Source: Kagunavirus LM02P1. From it: DNA of 43,420 nucleotides. The notes below the pieces were generated by a model. That model did no database searches, was not told where the DNA came from, and saw nothing but the letters and a program-made list of their open reading frames with translations. The position numbers and the translations under genes were made by a program. Within the stretch, counting starts at the first letter, position 1; each line of letters begins with the position of its first letter. Where the stretch lies: sequence record OZ035819.1. One strand, written 5' to 3'. Positions 35,506-42,937 of the stretch are shown here, piece after piece.

Positions 35506-35868
35506 CCTATTGACAAAATAAAATGTAGCTGTAAAATCAACGTATCGAAGAGCTTTAGTTCAGAATTACTTAGAAACAATATTCTTAAGTCTCGGGTACT
35601 TAAAGCCCCGCCCTAAAGCGGGGCGCTAAATAGTACTCTTGGTAACGTTAGTATCTAAGTTTCCTCAAAGTAACAGCAAGTGGCAAGAAAGCCCCCGTCT
35701 ATTTAAATTTTACCCTCCTACATAAGCCACTGATAATTAAAAGTTTCTATAGATGCCGTAAGCAAGGTAGAGAGTACTTCACTCCGCTGGGGTGGGCTAA
35801 CGCCCACCCACTGCGTTGCGTACTCTTTTAAGAAACGAAAGAATCACAACGGCAACGTAACTATTCTC

Positions 35869-35897
35869 TTGCACGCCCCAACATAATAGGATACTAT
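35869..35897 (+). promoter_or_regulatory. sigma70-type early promoter TTGCAC-N17-TACTAT
   Basis: Same architecture as 37065-37093, 4676-4704 and 13908-13936; followed by conserved leader TTATCGAAACGAGA. Confidence 0.55.
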
Positions 35898-35931
35898 TCA
35901 CTTATCGAAACGAGACAGAGGAGTGAGGGTT

Positions 35932-36114
35932 ATGTTTAAACGTGGTCAGTTGGTTAAAACTGTACAGGGCCAATATGGAATTATTAAACGAGTTCCGAAT
36001 AAAGTTCCAGGGTCGTACCATCTCACGCACCCAGAATGGGACTTTGACGTGGGGGTGCGTGAAGACGAGCTAACACTCATCGGCAACAATTTTAAATTCA
36101 AAGGGGCGAAGTGA
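35932..36114 (+). CDS. early protein (60 aa)
   Basis: ATG at 35932 with RBS GGAGTGAGGG; first gene after early promoter. Confidence 0.45.
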   Translation: MFKRGQLVKTVQGQYGIIKRVPNKVPGSYHLTHPEWDFDVGVREDELTLIGNNFKFKGAK

Positions 36115-36347
36115 TGGAAGAATTAATTTGCGTTACCAGTCTCTGCGATTACTTCACAGAAGGAAAGCGTTATACGTTAAGTATCGATGGGTACGTTACC
36201 TCTGATGATGGCGATGATTATCGGGTAACTGACGAGGATGTATATGAAGGGCGTATGGGTGTTTATACCTGGAGATGGTTAGCATTATTCACAACGGCAT
36301 CGAATCATGATGCTCGTGCCGACGACTCTGAGGGAGGTTGCCGTTAA
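36114..36347 (+). CDS. early acidic protein (77 aa)
   Basis: ATGA coupling; D/E-rich (DDGDDYRVTDEDVYEG). Confidence 0.45.
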   Translation: MEELICVTSLCDYFTEGKRYTLSIDGYVTSDDGDDYRVTDEDVYEGRMGVYTWRWLALFTTASNHDARADDSEGGCR

Positions 36348-36604
36348 TGACTAACACTGAACTGGAAACTGTTGCCGAAAAACTGCATAAGGCGCGAGTA
36401 ATGGCCCGGGGCGCTGGACTGGAGCAGTTTTACAACATGTGGCGCACCGCAACGCGCGACCCTGATTTTCTGCGAACTGGGTGTCTCTTGTATAAAGACG
36501 TTTATCCTGTTCGTGCTCGCAAGGACTACGGGTGGGTTCGTGAGACACCTAATCTTTTGTGGTGTTGGGCGCATGGTGAGTTTTGGGTAAGGGTTAAGGA
36601 CTAA
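36347..36604 (+). CDS. early protein (85 aa)
   Basis: ATG at 36347 with RBS GAGGGAGG. Confidence 0.45.
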   Translation: MTNTELETVAEKLHKARVMARGAGLEQFYNMWRTATRDPDFLRTGCLLYKDVYPVRARKDYGWVRETPNLLWCWAHGEFWVRVKD

Positions 36605-36607
36605 GTT

Positions 36608-36769
36608 ATGAGAGAAGCATCCGAACGGTGGGCCGTCGTCGAAGGGCTGCCCGTTAACAAGGGTTCAAAGAAAGAGTACCTGAACGTTAAGACGCGTCTC
36701 GCGTGGCGGGCGTGGAAAGCTGGTGTGCAGTTCCGTGCTGGTATAACAGGTGGGGTGACAGGTCAATAG
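36608..36769 (+). CDS. small basic protein (53 aa)
   Basis: ATG at 36608 with RBS AAGGA; below ORF-track cutoff. Confidence 0.35.
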   Translation: MREASERWAVVEGLPVNKGSKKEYLNVKTRLAWRAWKAGVQFRAGITGGVTGQ

Positions 36770-36792
36770 CTTACTATTTTACTGAGTGACTT

Positions 36793-36830
36793 ACGCTGCT
36801 ACACAGCAGCGTATCATTTTTCTCATTTTT
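36793..36830 (+). terminator. intrinsic terminator
   Basis: Hairpin ACGCTGCT-acac-AGCAGCGT followed by ATCATTTTTCTCATTTTT. Confidence 0.6.
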
Positions 36831-36883
36831 GTTCTATTTCACCAAACGCAACAATCGAAGCGACTATTGCAGGAGATGCAACA

Positions 36884-37057
36884 ATGATTACTAGAGAACA
36901 GGCCGAACGACTAATCACGTTAATCGACACGATGATTGATGTAAAAACCGATTTAGCAACGGCAACAGAGGAATACGCTACCTGGTCGCTTGAAGAAAGA
37001 GAAGCAGAAGCGGAGCGCGAGTTACTGGCGTTCATCGATTCCATAACACACCAATAA
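36884..37057 (+). CDS. small protein (57 aa)
   Basis: ATG at 36884 with RBS AGGAGA. Confidence 0.35.
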   Translation: MITREQAERLITLIDTMIDVKTDLATATEEYATWSLEEREAEAERELLAFIDSITHQ

Positions 37058-37064
37058 AATTTAC

Positions 37065-37093
37065 TTGCACACACAGATATAATAGACTACTAT
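37065..37093 (+). promoter_or_regulatory. sigma70-type promoter TTGCAC-N17-TACTAT
   Basis: Same architecture as 35869-35897; followed by leader TTATCGAAACGAGAGGAGAGAGAAG. Confidence 0.55.
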
Positions 37094-37122
37094 TCAGTTA
37101 TCGAAACGAGAGGAGAGAGAAG

Positions 37123-37251
37123 ATGAAAGATTATAGCGAAGTGACTTTAGGTGAGTTGCAGGGCGAGTACGAAGATATGCTCTACCCGTTCATCTGCGAC
37201 GGAGATTACAACGGCGTCTATAACGGAGTGAGCGAAGAATATGAACACTAA
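37123..37251 (+). CDS. small acidic protein (42 aa)
   Basis: ATG at 37123 after conserved leader/RBS. Confidence 0.3.
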   Translation: MKDYSEVTLGELQGEYEDMLYPFICDGDYNGVYNGVSEEYEH

Positions 37252-37975
37252 AAACGAAGTATTCGAATACCTGATTGACCAGCTATGGCATCAGGTAAAT
37301 AAGAAAGATGTCACATCTTTCAATGTGTCTGTGCGGATATCCGACCTTGATGAGGTCAAGCAGGTAATTCACAACCTACAGCAGCATATCGCTGGTAAGG
37401 ACGACGAAATACGTATGCTGAAAGACAGCCTACGGCAGCAGATGGCGAACAACCCCCACAAGCAGCAGTGCGAAGACCTGGCGCATGAGGTGCAGTCACT
37501 TAAGAATCAGTTACGTGATATGTCGGAATTGGTGGATGAGTTGATGGGTACAATAACGTTAATGAATGAAGACTTTGGCCGCGTAACAGGGCGGAGCGGT
37601 CCTTTACCTAAAGGGGAGAGCTACGTAGTAGGTGAGCACGGGCCTGAGCAATCCGGTTGCCGTAAGGGAGATACTCAGGAATGCGAGCACTCTTGGATTA
37701 TTATGCCTGGGTTGTTTCTTAGCGAAGGCAATCCGAACAACGTTCCTGGTAGTGAGTTATGCTGTAAATGTGGTAAGCGTGAGTGGGATGTTAAGGGATA
37801 TAAACCGAAAGATGATACCCAGGAATGCTCCTATAACTGGCGATTCGTTAATGGTAAGGCTCCCGCCGTATGTATTAATTGCGGAATGACTAAATCCAGC
37901 AAGTGTGAGCACGAATGGTGCTTTTACGATGGTGGTGCTTTGAAGATGTGCAGAATATGCGGGCTAAAGAAATGA
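37241..37975 (+). CDS. coiled-coil protein with three C-terminal zinc-ribbon-like repeats
   Basis: 244 aa; three units of C-x-H/Y-x-W ... C-x-x-C-G (CEHSW...CCKCG, CSYNW...CINCG, CEHEW...CRICG). Confidence 0.55.
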   Translation: MNTKNEVFEYLIDQLWHQVNKKDVTSFNVSVRISDLDEVKQVIHNLQQHIAGKDDEIRMLKDSLRQQMANNPHKQQCEDLAHEVQSLKNQLRDMSELVDELMGTITLMNEDFGRVTGRSGPLPKGESYVVGEHGPEQSGCRKGDTQECEHSWIIMPGLFLSEGNPNNVPGSELCCKCGKREWDVKGYKPKDDTQECSYNWRFVNGKAPAVCINCGMTKSSKCEHEWCFYDGGALKMCRICGLKK

Positions 37976-38175
37976 CCAGTATCTTATTTATCTGGGTACT
38001 ATCCGCAGGCCAGATGCACCTCGCGGCATCGGAAACGTTTTATTCTATGGAGGCGTGCCAGTCCGCGGCACGCGCAGCAGAGAACGCGCACTTCCTGTTT
38101 CAGGGTGACAAGCCCAACGATTCAGAGGTACGCGCTATCTGCTCACCTAAGCGACTCGGTAAACAGGAGAAGTGA
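37972..38175 (+). CDS. small secreted/periplasmic protein (67 aa)
   Basis: ATGA coupling; N-terminal signal-peptide-like ILFIWVLSAGQMHLAAS, two Cys in mature part. Confidence 0.4.
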   Translation: MTSILFIWVLSAGQMHLAASETFYSMEACQSAARAAENAHFLFQGDKPNDSEVRAICSPKRLGKQEK

Positions 38176-38176
38176 T

Positions 38177-38443
38177 ATGGTACAGAGATACGAGTTATCG
38201 GATAAATGGGAAGAGCCTAAGATGGCGAAGTATGACTGGGGTGATTATGTAGAGTACGACAGCTATAAGGAACTTGACGACTATTACCAGGAACGCATCG
38301 CCGATGCCAACGAGGAAATAGAGGTTCTCGTCGCAAGACTGGCGGAAGTAAACGCCGAGTTACAGAAATACAAAGACCAGTTCCCGGATTACGTCGAGTG
38401 CGCGAACTGTGGGTCAGTTACGCATGTGGAAGGGGTGGAGTGA
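38177..38443 (+). CDS. small acidic protein, MVQRY paralogue A (88 aa)
   Basis: ATG at 38177 with RBS AGGAGA; begins MVQRY; C-terminal CANCG. Confidence 0.45.
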   Translation: MVQRYELSDKWEEPKMAKYDWGDYVEYDSYKELDDYYQERIADANEEIEVLVARLAEVNAELQKYKDQFPDYVECANCGSVTHVEGVE

Positions 38444-38667
38444 TGGTACAGAGATACTTATTACAGGGTGGTTTAATAGGGCCGCACGATGAAGGTGATT
38501 GGGTAGGTTACGAAGACTACGCGGCGCTTGAGCGTAAGTTTGACTCGATATTAAACCTCCTTGTTAAACTAGATGATGATTTGGGTTACGGTAAGATACC
38601 TGATGAATATGCCTACGACAGAATCGGTGAGATTATCGAGAAGCACCAAAATGACCTTAGCGACTGA
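38443..38667 (+). CDS. small acidic protein, MVQRY paralogue B (74 aa)
   Basis: ATG at 38443 (TGATG coupling); begins MVQRY like the upstream gene. Confidence 0.45.
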   Translation: MVQRYLLQGGLIGPHDEGDWVGYEDYAALERKFDSILNLLVKLDDDLGYGKIPDEYAYDRIGEIIEKHQNDLSD

Positions 38668-38818
38668 CATCCTGAAAAACAGCGGCAAAGCGCCGCTGTC
38701 GCCACGTAAACGACATTTCAACACGCATCCGACGTATCTTGAATTACATGAGCGCCGGAAGACACCGGCGCAACGACTGGCTGAATATTGGAGAAAGCAT
38801 GACTACTATCGCGTTTGA
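38651..38818 (+). CDS. small basic protein (55 aa)
   Basis: ATG at 38651 overlapping the upstream gene end; K/R-rich. Confidence 0.3.
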   Translation: MTLATDILKNSGKAPLSPRKRHFNTHPTYLELHERRKTPAQRLAEYWRKHDYYRV

Positions 38819-39236
38819 CGGTAAGACGATGGCCTGCGACACCCGAGTTACCGCGGGCGACACGTATTTCAACACAGATACCAAGATATACGAGAGTGAT
38901 GCTTATGTTATCGGGGTCGCCGGTGACGCGGGCTGTGGTACTATGCTTGTTCAGGTATCAAATATCCTGACCATGCGTACCTATGAGTATAACTTTAAGG
39001 CTATTGTATACGAGAAGCACACCAGACGTGTTTTCTATGTGTCATTCGATAAAAGCTGGGGGTCAAATAGCTGCGTTGTCCCAATTGTTGATAGCTACTT
39101 CGCCGTCGGTTCAGGGGCTGATTTCGCGCGCGCAGCTATGGAATGTGAGTATTCCGCACAGGGGGCAGTGGCCGTTGCATCGAAGTTTGACACTAACACC
39201 GGCGGCAAGATTATTACCAAACAACTATTAGGATAA
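38799..39236 (+). CDS. HslV/proteasome beta-subunit-like Ntn hydrolase
   Basis: ATG at 38799 with RBS GGAGA; after Met the protein starts TTI (HslV starts TTIVSV); VTAGDTYFNTDTK, YVIGVAGDAGCG and FAVGSGADFARAA parallel HslV segments. Confidence 0.55.
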   Translation: MTTIAFDGKTMACDTRVTAGDTYFNTDTKIYESDAYVIGVAGDAGCGTMLVQVSNILTMRTYEYNFKAIVYEKHTRRVFYVSFDKSWGSNSCVVPIVDSYFAVGSGADFARAAMECEYSAQGAVAVASKFDTNTGGKIITKQLLG

Positions 39237-39295
39237 TTCCTACCCGTGGTATCCTCCAGTTACTGCATACTTAATACGCACCTGGAGGATTCATC

Positions 39296-39604
39296 TTGGA
39301 TAAATTTACTGAAACTGTGACAGGCTGGCTTCTCGCTGCCGCGCTAGCCGGAGGGGTTATCGGACTACGGCAACATAAGTCCGTTATTTCTGGGCCTATA
39401 GACGGCTTCTGCTTTATTGCAACTGGCTTCACTTGTGCCGTGTTTGGTGCACCTCTCGCGGCTCAATGGTTTGGCATTACGGGCGACCGTGAAATCGCAG
39501 GCCTGGGCTTCATTATCGCTATTCTCTGGATGCCTATCTATTCCCGCCTCTCTGGTATTGTTGCCGGAGAATATATCGCACGTCGAGGAGGCCCAGATGA
39601 ATGA
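39296..39604 (+). CDS. holin
   Basis: 102 aa, three hydrophobic helices, charged C-terminus; immediately upstream of lysozyme. Confidence 0.6.
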   Translation: MDKFTETVTGWLLAAALAGGVIGLRQHKSVISGPIDGFCFIATGFTCAVFGAPLAAQWFGITGDREIAGLGFIIAILWMPIYSRLSGIVAGEYIARRGGPDE

Positions 39605-39869
39605 GTTATTCTGGTTCGGCGGTATGCTGGCAATCGGAGGCGCATCGCTGTTTAATGTATATCATCCCAGCGTTGACGACGGGCTATTTGGCCGGGTGCT
39701 CTATATCCTGACCGCTATTGTCTGCGCCGCCGGGTGTATCCACCTGTTACAGGGCAGCATGTCACCTACGCTGCCTGAGACATTAATCACATTAGTTGCG
39801 CTGCGTCAGATTCGTCATGCGTGGCTGTCATACGGAGGATATAAGCGTGTCTCGAAATATTTCAGATAA
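39597..39869 (+). CDS. small membrane protein (second holin-like / lysis regulator, putative)
   Basis: ATG at 39597 with RBS GGAGG, overlapping holin stop (ATGAATGA); two hydrophobic segments. Confidence 0.45.
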   Translation: MNELFWFGGMLAIGGASLFNVYHPSVDDGLFGRVLYILTAIVCAAGCIHLLQGSMSPTLPETLITLVALRQIRHAWLSYGGYKRVSKYFR

Positions 39870-40335
39870 TGGATTGCATTTTACCGCTGCGTTCGAGGGG
39901 TTCCGCGGAACTGCATATCGCGCTACACCGAACGAGACGTACCTGACTATTGGTTACGGTCATTACGGGCCGGATGTAACGCCAGGCAAGACCATCACCC
40001 CGGGGCAAGGCCTCCTGTTACTAAATCGCGATATGGCGAAGGCCGTAGGCGCGGTTGATGCAGCAGCACACCATTCACTGACACAGGCACAGTTCGACGC
40101 TGTGTGCGACCTGGTCTATAACGCGGGTGCGGGCGTGATTGCCGCTACCACCGGAACCGGTAAGGCGCTGCGCTCCGGTGATGTTGCGACGCTGCGGGCT
40201 AAGCTGGCGCTGTTCATCAACCAGAACGGCAAACCGTTGCTCGGCCTGCGCCGCCGTACAGCCGGACGGCTCGCACTGTTCGACGGTAAACCGTGGCAGG
40301 AGGCTGAGGCTATTGGGCGCGCGGTGAAAGGTTGA
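39847..40335 (+). CDS. endolysin, GH24 phage lysozyme
   Basis: GTG at 39847 after GGAGG; ISDNGLHFTAAFEGFRGTAYRA...YLTIGYGH (catalytic E, TIGxGH) and C-terminal RRRTAGRLALF; frame open from 39796. Confidence 0.75.
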   Translation: MSRNISDNGLHFTAAFEGFRGTAYRATPNETYLTIGYGHYGPDVTPGKTITPGQGLLLLNRDMAKAVGAVDAAAHHSLTQAQFDAVCDLVYNAGAGVIAATTGTGKALRSGDVATLRAKLALFINQNGKPLLGLRRRTAGRLALFDGKPWQEAEAIGRAVKG

Positions 40336-40402
40336 CACTTAAGACTAATCCGACGATACTTAAATCACCTCCTGCTTCACCCCTCTACTCTCCAGTTTTC
40401 TC

Positions 40403-40433
40403 CCGGCCCTGACCCAGCCGGGATTTTTTTTAT
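40403..40433 (+). terminator. intrinsic terminator after lysis cassette
   Basis: Hairpin CCCGGC-cctgaccca-GCCGGG followed by ATTTTTTTTT. Confidence 0.7.
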
Positions 40434-40453
40434 CTATTTTCTGCAATGACTAG

Positions 40454-40482
40454 TTGACTATTACCTACGACCCTATTATATT
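40454..40482 (+). promoter_or_regulatory. sigma70-type promoter TTGACT-N17-TATATT
   Basis: Near-consensus; leader 40483-40515 carries the ATCGACAACGAGA variant of the conserved leader. Confidence 0.6.
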
Positions 40483-40515
40483 TACTCCATCGACAACGAG
40501 AACGGAGTAGAGAAG

Positions 40516-40764
40516 ATGGGTGACGTATCGACGATAGAAATAACCGAGGAACTTGAAGCTAAATGCATCACATGGACTATGGATAACGACCCGGTTGCTA
40601 TGCGTAAATTTCCAATGAAAATCACAGATATCGAAGCATTCGAAGACGCACAACTGATGGCACGCATTGCCGTTAGCCACCGGGGTGGAAGCATTCCAGC
40701 GGACTCGTTCTGGGCCGCAGCGATGCAGGCACTTAAAGCAGCTTATGCGGGAGAGAAGAAATGA
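40516..40764 (+). CDS. hypothetical protein (82 aa)
   Basis: RBS GGAGTAGAGAAG upstream; first gene after promoter 40454. Confidence 0.45.
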   Translation: MGDVSTIEITEELEAKCITWTMDNDPVAMRKFPMKITDIEAFEDAQLMARIAVSHRGGSIPADSFWAAAMQALKAAYAGEKK

Positions 40765-40955
40765 AAGTTAAAGCAACTAAAGTTACCTGGTTACATACCC
40801 TGGACTATGTGACAGAGGGTAAAGAGTATGATGTGTACAACCCGACAACCAGTGGCCTAGGTTGGGTGGTGGATGATGTTGGTGATTCTATTCTTATAGA
40901 CTTTAGTGACGAAGGTGAGTGCTACCACGGCGTTAAATGGGAGATTGTAGAATGA
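40761..40955 (+). CDS. hypothetical protein (64 aa)
   Basis: ATGA coupling. Confidence 0.45.
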   Translation: MKVKATKVTWLHTLDYVTEGKEYDVYNPTTSGLGWVVDDVGDSILIDFSDEGECYHGVKWEIVE

Positions 40956-41107
40956 GCGAACAAGGACCAGCAAGCCAACCATTACGAGTAGGCCGTAAAG
41001 TCAGTCACACTCCGTTCCCTACACGCGAGGAACTGATGAAACGTAACAGTTTCCCAGGGCCGGACAAGAACAAGTATCTCAATCGCATGTGGGGAGAGCG
41101 TAAATAA
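40952..41107 (+). CDS. small protein (51 aa)
   Basis: ATG at 40952 overlapping upstream stop; below ORF-track cutoff. Confidence 0.3.
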   Translation: MSEQGPASQPLRVGRKVSHTPFPTREELMKRNSFPGPDKNKYLNRMWGERK

Positions 41108-41280
41108 TGACTAACAACGAATACGAGAAACTCAGCGTAGAATCCGCGACTGGTGAATCTGAAATAGTGTGGATTGACGCCCACATAGAGCACCACTTAC
41201 GGCAGGTAGATAAACTTATGGAGCGCCGCCGTGAACTGATTAACCGTTTCAATCTGAACAAAGGTGACACCAATGCCTAA
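41107..41280 (+). CDS. small protein (57 aa)
   Basis: ATG at 41107 overlapping upstream stop; below ORF-track cutoff. Confidence 0.3.
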   Translation: MTNNEYEKLSVESATGESEIVWIDAHIEHHLRQVDKLMERRRELINRFNLNKGDTNA

Positions 41281-41512
41281 AATCACAATCGCATCGCTGG
41301 AGCGCCGTATTCTGGTGCTTGAGTCAGAGAAACAGACGTTAGGAGGGCAATTGTCGATTAACGGTGAATTTCAACTGGAGGCGTTTAAGATGTTGCTTGA
41401 TAAGTTGAAAGCGGACGAAAAGCCTTGCGAGCACGATTACTACCTACATGTGGTTGGTGGATTACATCGGGCCACGTGCATCAAATGTGGTAAAGCGTAT
41501 GGAGTCGCCTGA
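41273..41512 (+). CDS. hypothetical protein with C-terminal CxxC...CxxC
   Basis: ATG at 41273; C-terminal CEHDYYLHVVGGLHRATCIKCG. Confidence 0.4.
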   Translation: MPKITIASLERRILVLESEKQTLGGQLSINGEFQLEAFKMLLDKLKADEKPCEHDYYLHVVGGLHRATCIKCGKAYGVA

Positions 41513-41681
41513 GCCAGTAGTTATCGATGGCGTCCTGTGGAAACCCTACGCGGTTAACCACATCGACGCCGACGGGAAGAAGTTCAGCTTCTACATTTTT
41601 GCAATTAGCCGTGAGCACGCCGCTTGTGTGGTCGACGATATACGAGAAACGGCGTGGCTCGGTGACGAGATAGTGGGGTGA
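41499..41681 (+). CDS. hypothetical protein (60 aa)
   Basis: ATG at 41499 overlapping upstream gene end. Confidence 0.4.
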   Translation: MESPEPVVIDGVLWKPYAVNHIDADGKKFSFYIFAISREHAACVVDDIRETAWLGDEIVG

Positions 41682-41683
41682 GT

Positions 41684-41944
41684 ATGGAACAGATTGAGCA
41701 ACTCAAGAAGAACAACAAAGACCTTAAGAAGGCGCTTGATAAGATTAACGGTAAGTATTCAAAAGCAACCCAGGAACTGACCGCTGCAAAACTGGAGATT
41801 GAACACCTAACGCGTGTTCGCGACATTCTGGAGAACGCCGAAACCTTGCGTAGCCAGAGGGCTTGGATTGATACGCCAGTATCAATTCTGATTGGCGTAG
41901 CGGTTGGGATGATATTTATGTGGGGTGTTGGGCATGTTCAGTGA
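41684..41944 (+). CDS. coiled-coil protein with C-terminal TM anchor
   Basis: ATG at 41684 (frame open from GTG 41678); hydrophobic C-terminus ILIGVAVGMIFMWGV. Confidence 0.45.
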   Translation: MEQIEQLKKNNKDLKKALDKINGKYSKATQELTAAKLEIEHLTRVRDILENAETLRSQRAWIDTPVSILIGVAVGMIFMWGVGHVQ

Positions 41945-42116
41945 CATCGACGCAGCAATCGAAGAAGCAATCGAAGAAGCAATCTGGCGTCGCTACAACG
42001 GCGAGCAACAGCGCCACTTCTGCCTGGTGCAACGAGGTAACTTGATTGCCGTAGTGCAGGACCGCGATAACAAATATCCGAATGCGATGTGGACAACGAG
42101 GAATTTCTTAGGATGA
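41934..42116 (+). CDS. small protein with (AIEE)x2.5 repeat
   Basis: ATG at 41934; contains tandem 12-nt repeat GCAATCGAAGAA at 41954-41983. Confidence 0.35.
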   Translation: MFSDIDAAIEEAIEEAIWRRYNGEQQRHFCLVQRGNLIAVVQDRDNKYPNAMWTTRNFLG

Positions 42117-42121
42117 TTACC

Positions 42122-42349
42122 AGCATTCCGAACCTGATTAAAGAATACGGCACGATGGCGGAGACGTGCAGACAAACCGGCATCAACGAAATGACGATTG
42201 CGAAGTACAGTAAAGACGTGAACTGCGAGCGCCACGTAATTTATAACAACCGTCTGATGACGCACGTTAAAACAAGCCCGGTGTTATTCACGCGCCGCGG
42301 TATCACTAAAACAGAGCAACGCATTGCTAAAGGGGAGAGTAGGGAATGA
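42122..42349 (+). CDS. small putative HTH DNA-binding protein
   Basis: ATG at 42122; helix-turn-helix-like YGTMAETCRQTGINEMTIAKYS. Confidence 0.4.
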   Translation, partial: SIPNLIKEYGTMAETCRQTGINEMTIAKYSKDVNCERHVIYNNRLMTHVKTSPVLFTRRGITKTEQRIAKGESRE

Positions 42350-42546
42350 GCGAAAAACTATTGTTACTTATGCTGCATACGCTTCTTGACGACAACGGGC
42401 AGGTGGTATTCCAGTTTATCGGGCGCGATGACCTCCTAATCGACGTCTCTGATGGAATATTTGCTATTGGCGACGAGTTTGTAGAAAGGGGTGATGCGTT
42501 CCAGTATCTAAGTGATAATTACGACGTACTGGAAGATATTTGCTGA
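42346..42546 (+). CDS. acidic hypothetical protein (66 aa)
   Basis: ATGA coupling; D/E-rich. Confidence 0.4.
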   Translation: MSEKLLLLMLHTLLDDNGQVVFQFIGRDDLLIDVSDGIFAIGDEFVERGDAFQYLSDNYDVLEDIC

Positions 42547-42661
42547 TGAAACTGTTGATCATCCCTAACGCCTGGACTATAGCCGTAGCTAACGACCATT
42601 ACGGCGGCGATGGTAAAAGAGCACCACGACACGGCCTATATAACTGATTGGAGAGTGAAAA

Positions 42662-42811
42662 ATGATTGAATTTGATGATGTTTTATTTGAGAAATATAAC
42701 GGAAGGGTGTTTTTGACTGTGATGTACGGTGTTTACTCAAAGTCCTTTGACGGGTTTTCGAAAGCAGATTGTATAAATCAACTACTATCGTGGGTCGCAA
42801 GACGCAAATAA
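42662..42811 (+). CDS. small protein (49 aa)
   Basis: ATG at 42662 with RBS GGAGAG; followed by terminator. Confidence 0.3.
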   Translation: MIEFDDVLFEKYNGRVFLTVMYGVYSKSFDGFSKADCINQLLSWVARRK

Positions 42812-42820
42812 CCAATAACA

Positions 42821-42845
42821 AGCCCTCTACGGAGGGCTTTTCTGT
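42821..42845 (+). terminator. intrinsic terminator upstream of the late operon
   Basis: Hairpin AGCCCTC-tacg-GAGGGCT followed by TTTCT. Confidence 0.65.
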
Positions 42846-42937
42846 ACATCCCGCCCAATCCCCTTATATAATCCCTTTAGACGCGTAGGGCGCGTCTGAT
42901 GCGCTCTGATGGTCAGACGCATATGTCAGGGGGTTAT

